From positions 19,034,001-19,098,000 of the forward strand of contig OZ024757.1 in NCBI GenBank assembly GCA_964016885.1: a stretch of DNA of 64,000 bases. The letters run 5' to 3'. Under the pieces are notes generated by a model. The model was not told the origin of the DNA. It ran no database searches and saw only the letters and a list, made by a program, of their open reading frames with translations. Each line of letters starts with the position of its first letter. Within the stretch, counting starts at the first letter, position 1. Below, piece by piece: positions 26,797 through 39,860 of this stretch. The position numbers and the translations under genes were made by a program. The stretch comes from Eledone cirrhosa. Its lineage: Eukaryota.

Positions 26797-26840
26797 CCTT
26801 TGTTCGTACTGCCTCTGTTTTGTTCCCGTTCAATTTTTCA

Positions 26841-26892
<52 letters not shown>

Positions 26893-27017
26893 GTACTATT
26901 TAAATTGTTGGGATACAAAAATCTAATATTTTTATAACTGATATAAAGCACTCAACAAATTATTGGAGTAAAAATACGATATTAACAAATGGAAACTATA
27001 TTTATAAAACCATATTT

Positions 27018-27080
27018 ATTTCATTATACATATTTCAAGGACACCAAGTTAAATTATGGTGTGCTTTCATCAGATAAAAT
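27018..27080 (-). ncRNA. Type I hammerhead ribozyme motif, family A (element ~26888-27157)
   Basis: Minus ATTTTAT-CTGATGA-AAGCACACCA...TGGTGTCCTT-GAA-ATATGTAT-A-ATGAAAT. Confidence 0.75.
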
Positions 27081-27156
27081 ATAATATAGAGCAGTTTTAT
27101 AAATAAATATGGACATACCCTTAAAGAATGCGACCATTTCTGTTGGAAGCTCCCGG

Positions 27157-27211
<55 letters not shown>

Positions 27212-27427
27212 TAGACACATACAGAGATAGATAGGTAGATAGATAGTGGTTTGATTGATTTTATTTGACTATCAGAGATATTACATTTACCGTATTCCTT
27301 TGTTGCTTGTAGTTCTGTTCTGTTTTTTGCTTTTTTCTTCTACAATGATGTCGTATAATTTATTAATATTCATTATTGAATACAAATGAAGACATATATA
27401 TATATATGTATATATATGTATATATAT

Positions 27428-28028
27428 AAAACCTCCCAGTCCACACTGTAAACGTGGTTGGTGTTGGGAAGAGCACCCAGCCGTAGAAAACCCACCAAAC
27501 GTGTAGGTGTCACGACAAAAAAACACACAGTCCACGCTGTAATGTGGCCGTGTACGTCACCCGGTAAAAACCTCCCAGTCCACACTGTAAACGTGGTTGG
27601 TGTTAGGAAGGGCACCCAGCCGTAGAAAACCCGCCAGACGTGTAGGTGTCACGGTAAAAACCTCCCAGTCCACGCTGTAATGTGGCCGTGTAGGTAACAC
27701 GGTAAAAACTTCCCAGTCCACACTGTAAACGTGATTGGTGTTGGGAAGAGCACCCAGCCGTAGAAAACCCACCAGACGTGTAGGTGTCACGACAAAAAAA
27801 ACACACAGTCCACGCTGTAATGTGGCCGTGTAGGTCACACAGTAAAAACCTCCCAGTCCACACTGTAAATGTGGTTTGTGTTAGGAAGGGCATCCAGCTG
27901 TAGAAAACCCACCAGACAGTCCTACACGAGCAGGACAACAAATCTTGCCTCAAGTGGGAAAACTCCCGTCCAAACCCATGCAAGCGTGGAAGATGGACGT
28001 TAAACGATGATGATGATGATGATGATGA
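27428..28028 (+). mobile_element. RTE 3' UTR with internal tandem duplications
   Basis: Repeated AAAACCTCCCAGTCCACACTGTAAA...; (GAT)n tail at ~28010. Confidence 0.8.
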
Positions 28029-28164
28029 ATTCACAAGAATCAAAGCTATGTTCAAAGCGTTTATTCACTTACAATTGTTTCATCCAAACCTAGGCTTGGA
28101 GTCTTTGGAGCATTTTTCAATGTTTGCACATATAATTGACCTCCTTTCTGATGCAAGAGACATA

Positions 28165-28424
28165 CAGATACATATATATATATTGATGTATATATATATA
28201 TATATATATATATTGATATACATAACTATAAAAAGTTTAATATATACATAACCATAAATAGTATCCTTAATATTATATATATATATATATCATTGTATAT
28301 ATATATATATATATCATTGTATATATGTATGTATATGTATATATATATATGTATATATGTATGATATGTATATATATATATGTATATATGTATGTATATG
28401 TATATATATATGTATATATATATG

Positions 28425-28477
<53 letters not shown>

Positions 28478-28492
28478 GTATATATATATATG

Positions 28493-28573
<81 letters not shown>

Positions 28574-28602
28574 GTATATATATATATATGTATATATATA
28601 TG

Positions 28603-28649
<47 letters not shown>

Positions 28650-28808
28650 GTATATATATATATGTATATATATATATGTATATATATATATGTATATATA
28701 TATGTGTATATATATATGTGTATATATATATATAATGTATATATATATGTATATGTGTATATATATATATATATATAATGTATATATATATGTATATATG
28801 TATATATG

Positions 28809-28870
<62 letters not shown>
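28165..28870. repeat. (TA)n / (TATG) microsatellite
   Basis: Directly visible; similar tracts at 12740-12910, 14380-15050, 18740-19100, 21185-21650, 53345-54070 and 57615-57980. Confidence 0.95.
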
Positions 28871-29078
28871 CATACAATAAAAGACTTAATAGCTAAAGAT
28901 TTCCCCGCCATTTATGTTGTAAGACATTGAAAACTGTAATATTCTTAGCCTAAGCTGCTTTTCTAGAACATTCCTCAGATAAAATGGAATATGGAAAAAA
29001 AAATAAAGAATATATATCATCATCATCATCATGAACATCATCATTATGAATATCATCATCATCATCATCATCGTTTAA

Positions 29079-29286
29079 CCCTTTAGCATTCAAACTGGCC
29101 ATATCCAGCCAGAAATGTCTCATCTTTTTCTGTTCAAACCAGTTGAAACTGGTCGCTTATACTGATGTTAAGGTATTGTTCTCAAAATAAATAATATAAA
29201 AATCTCATAGATTCGATATTATGTAAGATAAAGTGTTTACTACAAAAATGCAATAGTATACATAGAGTAATGTGATTGCTAAAGGG
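29079..29286. mobile_element. piggyBac-type MITE
   Basis: TTAA-CCCTTTAGCA...TGCTAAAGGG-TTAA. Removing it restores the RTE tail sequence CATCGTTTAATGTCCA, showing a TTAA target duplication. Confidence 0.85.
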
Positions 29287-29429
29287 TTAATGTCCATTTA
29301 TTTCCATGTTAGCATGGGTTAGACGAGTTGTCCTGTTGTGAGCAATGCAAAGTCATGTGACCATCTCTTGCTCATACAGGACCAATTTTGGATTGGTTTC
29401 TACAGCTGGATGCCCTTCCTAGTGCCAAC

Positions 29430-30550
29430 CTTGTTTACAGTGTGGACTGGATGCTTTTTACCGTGGCGCCTACACGACCACTTTACAGTGTGGACTGGAT
29501 GCTTTTTACCGTGGCGCCTACACGACCACTTTACAGTATGGACTGGATGCTTTTTACCGTGGCGCCTACACGACCACTTTACAGTATGGACTGGATGCTA
29601 TTTACCGTGGCACCTACACGACCACTTTACAGTGTGGCCTGGGTGCTTTTTACCGTGGCGCCTACACGACCACTTTACAGTATGGACTGGGTGCTTTTTG
29701 TTGTGACACCTACACGACCACTTTACAGTATGGACTGGATGCTTTTTACCGTGGCGCCTACACGACCACTTTACAGTATGGACTGGGTGCTTTTTGTTGT
29801 GACACCTACACGACCACTTTACAGTGTGGACTGGGTGCTTTTTACCGTGGCGCCTGCACGACCACTTTACAGTGTGGCCTGGGTGCTTTTTACAGTGGCG
29901 CCTACACGACCACTTTACAGTATGGACTGGGTGCTTTTTGTTGTGACACCTACACGACCACTTTACAGTATGGACTGGATGCTTTTTACCGTGGCGCCTA
30001 CACGACCACTTTACAGTGTGGCCTGGGTGCTTTTTACCGTGGCGCCTACACGACCACTTTACAGTGTGGCCTGGGTGCTTTTTACCGTGGCGCTTACACG
30101 ACCACTTTACAGTATGGACTGGATGCTTTTTACCGTGGCGCCTACACGACCACTTTACAGTGTGGCCTGGGTGCTTTTTACCGTGGCGCCTACACGACCA
30201 CTTTACAGTGTGGCCTGGGTGCTTTTTACCGTGGCGCCTACACGACCACTTTACAGTGTGGACTGGGTGCTTTTTGTTGTGACACCTACAGGACCACTTA
30301 ATAGTGTGGACTGGGAGCCTTTTTGTCGTGACACATGACCACTTTATAGTATATACTGGCTGCTTTTTGTCGTGACACCTACATGGCCACTTTATAGTGT
30401 ATACTGGCTGCTTTTTGTCATGACACCTACATGACCACTTTATAGTGTATACTGGCTGCTTTTTGTCATGACACCTACATGACCACTTTATAGTGTATAC
30501 TGGCTGCTTTTTGTCATGACACCTACATGACCACCTTACAATGTGGACTG
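29430..30550. repeat. 48-bp minisatellite (~23 copies) expanded inside an RTE-type 3' UTR
   Basis: Unit CTTTACAGTGTGGACTGGGTGCTTTTTACCGTGGCGCCTACACGACCA; 16-aa periodicity in ORFs 29388 and 29598. Confidence 0.95.
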
Positions 30551-30680
30551 GGGACTTCACTAGATATATGCTTCTGTCTGTCCATCCATACACCTCTTGG
30601 GATATGTATGGAAGGAGAGACTGAAGCATACATCTAGTGAAGCCCCCAGTCCACACTGTATATATATATACATATTTACT

Positions 30681-31021
30681 GGAGGCACATGGCTTAGTGG
30701 TTAGAGCATTGGCCTTGCAATCGAAAGATGGTGAGTTCAATTCTCAGACCGGATGATGTGTTGTTTCCTTGAGCAAGACACTTTATTTCACATTGCTCCA
30801 GTTTACTCAGCTGTAGAAATAAGATGGGGTCCCTATCATTCCACTGCAAAGTGGTCGTGGAGGTGCCACGGCAAAAAATCACCCAGCACTCACTGTAAAT
30901 GAGGTTGGTGTTAGGAAGGGCATCCAGCTGTAGAAATCAAGCCAGAATCAGTTCCCGTCCCACCCTTGCAAGCAGGGAAAAGCGGGCGTAAAATGATGAT
31001 GATGATGATGATGATGATGAT
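30681..31021 (+). mobile_element. SINE type 1
   Basis: Near-identical to 220-557. Confidence 0.9.
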
Positions 31022-31026
31022 TACTG

Positions 31027-31066
<40 letters not shown>

Positions 31067-31209
31067 CATTGAGTAGGTAATGTGTGCAGGCAAGATTATA
31101 GTGGTTACTTTAACTTTGTCAATATTATAGTGGTTACTTTAACTTTGTCAATATATATATGTATATGTATGTATATATACATATATATGTATAAGTATGT
31201 GTGTGTATA

Positions 31210-31259
<50 letters not shown>

Positions 31260-31441
31260 AGTGTGTGTGTATATATGAATGTATATATATATATGTAAAA
31301 ACATATACATGTATTTACATCTGTGTTTGCATATTTGTGTGTGTATGTGTATATATATGAATGTATGTGTATGTAGGTATTATATTTTACTTATTTATAT
31401 TTTTTTCCATCTTTTTTATTTCGTAATCTTTTTTTTTTCAG

Positions 31442-31545
31442 CATTTTTTCACAAAGAAAGGATTACGCACCAATCTAAAAAGAACGAAAAGTGTCACCAA
31501 ATTAGACAGGAAACGGTCAGCTTCTAATGTCTGTGAAAGGGAAAC
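31442..31545 (+). CDS. raskol: Internal coding exon of a Ras GTPase-activating protein (raskol / DAB2IP / RASAL2 / SynGAP family), N-terminal region
   Basis: Polypyrimidine tract ending ttttttttcag at 31441 and donor ac|gtaagt at 31546. The 104 nt are open in phase 0: HFFTKKGLRTNLKRTKSVTKLDRKRSASNVCERE(T). FF..K...LKRTKSVTKL(D/E)R is recognised from memory as the conserved motif upstream of the PH domain in this family (vertebrate IKRTKSQxKLDR). Confidence 0.85.
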
Positions 31546-31619
31546 GTAAGTCTATTTATTCCATTTTTTACTTTCTTTCCTTTTCCTCCTTTTTCTCAAA
31601 TCACTGTGTTTTTTTTTAC

Positions 31620-32175
31620 TCTTAACATCCTGTTACAATTCAGCAGTAAATATTCTAAAAGACAAGTTTGTTAATTTAAATGTTTATAGTATCTTTACTG
31701 GTGGAGAGATTGTTGTGAAACTTTGCAGTTTTATCTCTTAACATCCTGTTATGATTCAGCAGTAAATATTCTCAAAACAGGTTTGTTAATTCAAATGCTT
31801 ATAGTATCTTTACTGGTGGACAGATTGTTGTGAAACTTTGCAGTTTTATCTCTTAACATCCTGTTATGAATCAGCAGTAAATATTCTCAAAACAGGTTTG
31901 TTAATTCAAATGCTTATAGTATCTTTACTGGTAGACAGATTGTTGTGAAACTTTGCAGTTTTATCTCTTAACATCCTGTTATGAATCAGCAGTAAATATT
32001 CTCAAAACAGGTTTGTTAATTCAAATGCTTATAGTATCTTTACTGGTGGACAGATTGTTGTGAAACTTTGCAGTTTTATCTCTTAAACATCCTGTTATGA
32101 TTCAGCAGTAAATATTCTCAAAACAGGTTTGTTAATTCAAATGCTTATAGTATCTTTACGACTGGACAGATCATT
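31620..32175. repeat. 115-bp tandem repeat (~4.8 copies)
   Basis: TCTTAACATCC recurs at 31620, 31736, 31851, 31966 and 32081. Confidence 0.9.
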
Positions 32176-33137
32176 GTGATGTTCATAATGATAACTTGAA
32201 TTCAAATTTGGTATTTTAAATAAAATAGATTTACTAAAAAATAAAAACAACCTTAGATTTGAAAATTTAAGATGAAAAAGAAGAGAGATATGAATTATGG
32301 TTATATCCTGTTAGTAATAGTAGGAGTGGTAGTGGTGGTAGTGGTGGCGGTGGTGGTAGTAGTGGTAGTTGCGGTAATAGTGGTGGTGGTGGTAGTAGTA
32401 GTAATGGTGGTGGTAGTAGTAGCAACAGTAGTGGTAGTAGTAGCAGTTGTAGGAATAGTAATTGTTGTAGCAGCAGTAGTATCAGTAGTAGTAGTAATAG
32501 TAGTACTAGCAGTAGTAATAGTTGTAGTATCGATAGTAGTAGTTGTAGTAGCACTAGTAGTAGTAGTAATAATAGCAGCAGCACTAGTAATAGTTGTAGT
32601 AATAGTAGCAGTAACATTAGCAGTAGTAGTAGTAGTGGTAGTGTTACCACATTAAAGTTGTCATCATGACAAAATATTTTAAAGTATTTGTCAGAATAAT
32701 GAAAAGTATTTGTGGAATTTTGTATTCTATTTGTTAATGTTTCACTTGAAACAATGATCGGCATGGAATGGTGTCAAAATCTATGGAATAACCATCATTT
32801 TTTACATGGTAGTTCTTAAGGAGAAGGAGGGATTTTGGGACCCCAACCCCGCTGCTTCAAATGGTATGAGGTGGTGTCAAAATTTATAGATTTTTTCTTA
32901 ACATCTTATAATAATTGAGCAGAAGATATTTAAAAGTGGGTTTGTATCTTTTATAAGTGGAGAGTGCAGTATTGTCTCTTAACATCCTGTAATGATTCTG
33001 CAGAAAACATTCTAAAAAGAAGTTTGTTAATTCAAATGTTTATAGTATCTTTACTGGTGGAGAGATTGTTGTGAAACTTTGCAGTGTTATCTCTTAACAT
33101 CATGTTATATATTTAGCAGTAAATATTCTCAAAACAG

Positions 33138-33560
33138 GTTTGTTAATTCAATTATTTATAGTGTCTTTACTACTGGACTGTTTGTTAATTCAAATGTTTA
33201 TAGTATCTTTACTAGAGGACAGTTTGTTAATTCAAATGTTTATAGTATCTTTACTAGTGGACAGTTTGTTAATTCAAATGTTTATAGTATCTTTACTAGT
33301 GGACAGTTTGTTAATTCAAATGTTTATAGTATCTTTACTAGTGGACAGTTTGTTAATTCAAATGTTTATAGTATCTTTACTAGTGGACAGTTTGTTAATT
33401 CAAATGTTTATAGTATCTTTACTAGTGGACCGTTTGTTAATTCAAATGTTTATAGTATCTTTACTAGTGGACAGTTTGTTAATTCAAATGTTTATAGTAT
33501 CTTTACTAGTGGACAGTTTGTTAATTGAAATATTTATAGTATCTTTACTAGTGGAAAGAT
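33138..33560. repeat. 42-bp minisatellite (~10 copies), a sub-segment of the 115-bp unit
   Basis: Unit GTTTGTTAATTCAAATGTTTATAGTATCTTTACTAGTGGACA. Confidence 0.9.
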
Positions 33561-34762
33561 TGTTGTGAAACTTTGCAGTTTTATCGGTGTATTGACAGTA
33601 TCGGTAGAGGGTCGGACGCCATGCTTTGCAACAAAGAGCTACGGCCCTTTATGGTCTGAGTTCAAATCCCGCCGAGGTTAACTTTGCCTTTCATCCTTAT
33701 GAAGAACCAGTAACTCACTGGGAAAATATCCAAAAACAAGTTTGTTAATTCAAATTCAGGACGTTAAGAGTTAATGATTATTTTAGTTGTGTGTGTGTGT
33801 ATGTCTCTGTGTGTGTGTGTGTGTGTGTGTATGTGTGTGTGTGTGTGAAGGTAGTTGTTCAGAGGTGAGGTGTTTTAGAAGGCTTACCTGTATCTGTGTC
33901 TGACTCCTATGACACTACAACCCCTGTCCCAGCTCCACCCACCCAATATCTGACTCAATGAATTTCTGCATAATATTTATTGGTCATAGCAAGAATTTAT
34001 TTCCATTTTGCAGTTGGTCATAGGAATTTCTGGTTATTGGGGATGGTGGGGTGGGTGGCGAGGTGGGTGAAGAGGAGGGTGTAAGGAAGAAGAGGGGCAG
34101 GAGGAGGAGGAGAGAGAGGGTGTGAGGAAGAGGAGGGGGAGGAGGGTGCCAGGAAGAGGAAGTTGTGAGATGGAGGAAGAGTGTGAGGAAGAAGAGGGGC
34201 ATGAGGTGGAAGAGCGCAAGAGGGAGAGCGTGAGGAAGAGGAGGGTGTGAGATGGAAGGGGGAAGAGGGTGCGAGGAGGAGGAGAGTGTGAGGAAGAGGG
34301 GGAGGAGGGTGCCAGGAAGAGGAAGTTGTGAGATGGAGGAAAGGGTCTGAGGAAGCGGAGGAGAGTGTGATGAAGTGGAGGAGAATGTGATGATGAGGAG
34401 GGTGTCAGGAAGAGGAGAAAGAAGGGGAGGCTGGGAAACACCAATCGGGCTGTTGGGGGGGTGCGGGAAGTGAGGAGGTTTCGGGGGGGGGTTCAAGTAA
34501 ATTGAAACGAAGAGTTGATAATTGATTTGCATAGATTAATAATTAGCTAATGACTAATATAAATATATCTAATGAACGAGTAATTAGCTGGGCTGTCGAC
34601 CTAAAGACGATGTAATAATATGACAGTTGACACCTCTCACTTACAATTTATTTTCTTCGTAGTGTGACCCTTGAACCTGTCTACGACATCTGATCTTTCG
34701 GGGACCTCTCAGTTGTTTAGAGCCTCGTCTAATTTACTGAAGTTATTAGAAAGAAAATGAAA

Positions 34763-35390
34763 TCTTCGCCTTCTTCTTCTTTGTTTTCTTCTTCTTTTTT
34801 GCCTTCTTCTTCTTCTTCTTCTTCCTCTTTTGTCTTCTTCTTCCTCTTTTGTCTTCTTCTTTGCCTTCTTCTTCTTCTTCTTCTTCTTTGTCTTCTTCTT
34901 CTCTGCCTTTTTCTTTGCCTTCTTCTTCTTTGCCTTTTTCTTTGCCTTCTTCTTCTTTGCCTTTTTCTTTGCCTTCTTCTTCTTCTTTGCCTTCTTCTTT
35001 GCCCTCTTCTTCTTCGCCTTCTTCTTCTTCCTCTTCTTCTTTGCCCTCTTCTTCTTCGCCTTCTTCTTCTTCTTTGCCTTCTTCTTCTTTGTCTTCTTCT
35101 TTGCCTTTTTCTTTGCCTTCTTCTTCTTCTTTGCCTTTTCTTCTTTGCCTTCTTCTTTGCCTTCTTCTTCTTCTTTGCCTTCTTCTTCTTCTTCTTTGCC
35201 TTTCCCTTCTCCTTTGCCTTCTCCTTCTTCTTCTTCTTCTTCTTCTTCTTCTTCTTCTTTCCCTTCTCCTTTGCCTTCTCCTTCTTCTTCTTCTTCTTCG
35301 CCTTCTTCTTCTTCTTCTTCTTCTTTGCCTTCTTCTTCTTCTTCTTCTTTGCCTTCTTCTTCTTCTCCTTCTTTGCCTTTTTCGCCCTTT
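34763..35390. repeat. (CTT)n / TTTGCC compound microsatellite
   Basis: Directly visible. Confidence 0.9.
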
Positions 35391-35582
35391 AGGATATTTT
35401 TGGATTTTTTTTATTAATCTGAAGACTTACTAGAGGAACTTTCAATGTTTTCAAATGTTTAAAGGTTTTACCATCTGAAGAGCTGTGGCTGTCTTAACTG
35501 ACAGTCCTCAGTGGAATATGTATAACAGAGTTTTAAATAAACCTGAATTAACTGAATATAGCCCCCGATCTTTTAATAATAT

Positions 35583-35782
35583 GGAGGCACATGGCTTAGT
35601 GGTTAGAGCATTGGCCTTGCAATCGAAAGGTTGTGAGTTCAATTCTCAGACCGGGTGATGTGTTGTTTCCTTGAGCAAGACACTTTATTTCACATTGCTC
35701 CAGTTTACTCAGCTGTAGAAATCAAGCCAGCATCAGTTCCCGTCCCACCCTTGCAAGCAGGGAAAAAGCGGACGTAAAATGA
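35583..35782 (+). mobile_element. SINE type 1 with internal deletion
   Basis: Head joined to tail at the repeated CAGCTGTAGAAAT motif (microhomology-type deletion). Confidence 0.85.
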
Positions 35783-36244
35783 ATGCTACGGCTTTGTTCA
35801 ATTTCTATAGGTCGTTAAGCATTTCTTTTTATCTGCTACACAACCGACCTGCCATAATGTGGTCCACAAATCCCTGGTCGGTTAACCACATTCTATATAT
35901 ATATATATACATACACACAAACATATATATATATAGACATATATATGTATATATAAATACACAAACATATATATATATAGACATATATATATATAGACAC
36001 ACACAAACATATATATAGACATATATAAATACACAAACATATATATATATAGACATATATATATATATCGACACACACAAACATATATATATATATAGAC
36101 ATACATATGTATATATAAATACACAAACATATATATATATAGACATATATATATATAGACACACACAAACATATATATAGACATATATAAATACACAAAC
36201 ATATATATATATAGACATATATATATATATAGACACACACAAAC

Positions 36245-36277
<33 letters not shown>

Positions 36278-36427
36278 AACATATATATATATAGACATAT
36301 ATGTATATATAAATACACAAACATATATATATATAGACATATATATATATATAGACACACACAAACATATATATATATATATAGACATAATATATAAGAT
36401 CAAAAGATGGTTAAATGAGTTCCATGT

Positions 36428-36496
36428 ATTTTATTATGCGCATTTCAAAAACAAATATCATCATGCAATAACATTTGTGTTTTCATCAGATAAAAT
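36428..36496 (-). ncRNA. Type I hammerhead ribozyme motif, family B (copy 2)
   Basis: Minus ATTTTAT-CTGATGA-AAACACAAATG...TATTTGTTTTT-GAA-ATGCGCAT-A-ATAAAAT. Confidence 0.7.
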
Positions 36497-36544
36497 AGGA
36501 GGACATGATATGAAGGTTAAAAACACTTGTGGATAGTGCAGTTT

Positions 36545-36584
<40 letters not shown>

Positions 36585-36872
36585 AACATATATATATATA
36601 TGTCTATAAAGGATTGATGCTAGAGCTGTGAAATTTTCCATGCATTAATTAACAGAACTGTTTCCAGGGAATACGTTGAAAAATAAACCTCATTTGGTCA
36701 TTCCATGAGAGTATCTTGGTCAGCCTATTAACTTTTAGTTAGTAACGTTACTCGAAACATATATATATATATAGACATATATATATAAATACACAAACAT
36801 ATATATATAGACATATATATATATATATAGACACACACAAAGATATATATATATATAGACAATAAACAAATA

Positions 36873-37010
36873 TCATTATTTCTGAAGACAGCATATATAT
36901 GTGTAGGTATGTATATTCCCTCTGATAGTTTGTAACATTTTTACATAGATCTATATGATATACATACCAACACTAACATATATATCCTAGAAACGATCGT
37001 AAAATGATGA
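36873..37010 (+). ncRNA. Type I hammerhead ribozyme motif, family C (copy 2)
   Basis: TCATTATTT-CTGAAGA-long stem II-GAA-ACGATCGT-A-AAATGATGA. 9-bp stem I, GUA triplet; element continues to ~37200. Confidence 0.75.
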
Positions 37011-37211
37011 ATTTTTTAATATAAGGAACTGTTTCTTTGTTTTTATTCATTATTTTTTTAATTTATCTTGACTCTGTTTTCCTGTATTTTTCATTGAAAA
37101 GAAATTTTTGAATACATCTTCTCTTTTCATGATATTCGGATTACATTGAGTTCTTCATACGGATTGGACACTACCGTATATTTTGGTAGATTTATCTACA
37201 TATATATAGAC

Positions 37212-37262
<51 letters not shown>

Positions 37263-37914
37263 TATATATATATATATATTTAAACACACAATGCTTGTCA
37301 TTTTGGAATAATTTCAAAATTTAAACAAAAGCGAAATCATTTCATTATAAATTGGACTAATATTATATATATATACATACATACACATATATATATATGC
37401 AGATATATATTTATATATATGCATATATATATATGCGTATGTAGATGTTATTGAAAGGAGTTAGTTGGTGTAATCTATATATTTGCTGGCACTTTATGTA
37501 AATTCTGTGGCATTTGACCAAAAGTTCCATAAAAACTCCGATCAAACACAACGGAAAATGGAAAATGCCTTTCGATCATAACAAGAAAAAGATACCACCA
37601 CCATCACCACCACCACAAAAAAAATTAGAATAATAATAAAACAAGCTGCAAGGACACAAGTGTAAATGTTCCAATTAGTAAATAAGTAAACATCTGTTTC
37701 ATGATAGGACTTGTGGCTCCCCCTGTTGTTAACCCGCTTGATAACAACCTGTCTAACACTGATCTTGGTTTCAGAATTTCAGAATAATGTTTTGTTTTTT
37801 TTTTGTTTTTTTTTTTAATGTTTCAAAGTATCGTATGTAAGTCCTTCATCAGAAGAGAGGAAAAGATGAACGAGGGTGTTGCAAAGTTGGATGGGGGGGA
37901 AAAAAATATTAATT

Positions 37915-38250
37915 GGAGTTATTGAAGCATGGAACAAACTACCTGCATCAGTTGTTAGCTATCGGGACACGACATCCTTACAAAACTTCCATGCTTCCCG
38001 AAATTCGCCAACAATAGACCTGATATTCCCCCTCTATTCACACGCATGTCTGTTACATACACTGTTCACTTTCCTGGCATTTCTAAATGTGGGTTTCCCC
38101 CCCGATATACACGCACACATGTATCTCTATGAATATCATAACTGATGTTGTTCACTTTCCTGACATTTGTACATTATTCTATGTACTATACATACACCTT
38201 TGATGAATTGTAGTGCACCTGAGCACTGTACACTATAATTTTCATTATAT
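37915..38250 (+). mobile_element. CR1-type LINE 3' end
   Basis: VIEAWNKLPASVVSYRDT and 3' UTR shared with 17208-17800. Confidence 0.75.
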
Positions 38251-38828
38251 CATGACGCATTCACTTTTCTCTTTCCTGACATTTGCACATTATTCTATTC
38301 GGTGGAATAGTCTGAGTTCAAATCCCATCGAGGTTCACTTTGCCTTTCAATCTTACAGGGTCGATAAAATAAAGTACCAGTAATACACTGGGTGATTGCT
38401 GGCCTTGTGCCAAAAGTAGAAACAAATATTCTATGTACTATATATGCACCTTTGATGAGCTGTAGTGCACCTGAGAAATTTGAATATTCAAGGGGGCAAT
38501 TTGAAAATGATGTTAATGCGAGCAAACTTCAGATTTTACCCTAATACTTTTACAAGGGGGCGACTTTGAAACAAATTACAGTCGGAAACTCCTGTCTCAC
38601 TTCCTCCACACACGATATTGTACATCTGGCATCACCCCTACAGCAATTTGTTTACACTTGGCAGTTGATCATCGCTGTTTTTATATCAAAGTGGTGCATA
38701 AAATATTTGAGATGTTGAGGTGAGATATGGGGCACAAAATATTGGGAACCACTGTCCTAAACATACGCGAAAGCAGCCATCTTTAAGCTAGCATACTTTC
38801 AAAATTCAAAATTTTCTTACCCATTTTT

Positions 38829-39390
38829 TAACCCTTTAGTTATCAACCCGGCAAAAACCAGCTCAGGTTCTATGAAATAAATCCACAAGTTTTAAAGGTT
38901 TCAAATTTAAATAAAAATCTTCCTAAATAATTTTATATAAGAACCTTACGTTAAGTTACTATTTTACTAACCCAGCCAAAACCAGCTCTGGTTCTATGAA
39001 ATAAATCCACAAGTTTTAAAGGTTTCCAATTTAAATAAAAATCTTCCTAAATAATTTTATATAAGAACCTTACGTTAAGTTACTATTTTACTAACCCAGC
39101 CAAAACCAGCTCTGGTTCTATGAAATAAATCCACAAGTTTTAAAGGTTTCCAATTTAAATAAAAATCTTCCTAAATAATTTTATATAAGAACCTTACGTT
39201 AAGTTACTATTTTACTAACCCAGCCAAAACCAGCTCTGGTTCTATGAAATAAATCCACAAGTTTTAAAGGTTTCCAATTTAAATAAAAATCTTCCTAAAT
39301 AATTTTATATAAGAACCTTACGTTAAGTTACTATCTTACTAACCCAGCCAAAACCAGCTCTGGTTCTATGAAATAAAACCACACATTTTA
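38829..39390. repeat. 124-bp tandem repeat (~4.4 copies) beginning with a piggyBac-like terminus
   Basis: AACCC(G/A)GC recurs at 38845, 38969, 39093, 39217 and 39341; the array starts TTAACCCTTTAG. Confidence 0.9.
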
Positions 39391-39391
39391 A

Positions 39392-39860
39392 CCCTTTAGC
39401 ATTTAAACCGGCCATGTCCGGCTGGAATTCTCTCACCACTTTCTGTTTTAATGGGCTGTAACCGGCCTCTCATACCGATGTTAAGTTCTCAAAATGAGTA
39501 ATATCAAAATCCCATAGATTTGATATTATGTGAGATAAAGCTTTTACCATGAAAATATAATAGTATATATAGAGTAATGTAAATGTTATGTGAGATATTA
39601 TGTGAGATAATTATGTGAGGTAAAGACTTTACCATGAAAATATAATAGTATATATAGAGTAATGTAAATGTTAAAGGGTTAAAGGTTTTCAATTTAACCC
39701 TTTAGCAATTACATTACTCTATATATACTATTGTATTTTTGTGCTAAAGGCTTTATCTTACATAATTATCTCACATAATATCAAATCTATGAGATTTTGA
39801 TATTATTTATTTTGAGAACAATACCTTACAGTTGGTATGAGGGGCCAGTTATGGCTATTT
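39392..39860. mobile_element. piggyBac-type MITE (39392-39678) followed by an inverted partial copy (from 39698)
   Basis: TTAA-CCCTTTAGCA...TAAAGGG-TTAA; internal sequence homologous to 29079-29286. Confidence 0.75.

Noticed and set aside
29388-30740. 316-aa and 380-aa repetitive ORFs on both strands
   Set aside because: Produced by the 48-bp minisatellite.
34663-34745. Acceptor-like TTTTCTTCGTAG suggesting an exon
   Set aside because: Stops in all three frames within 30 nt and no good donor.
37815-37858. Minus-strand CTGATGA...GAAAC hammerhead-like core
   Set aside because: Stem II and stem I do not pair convincingly; at most a decayed relic.
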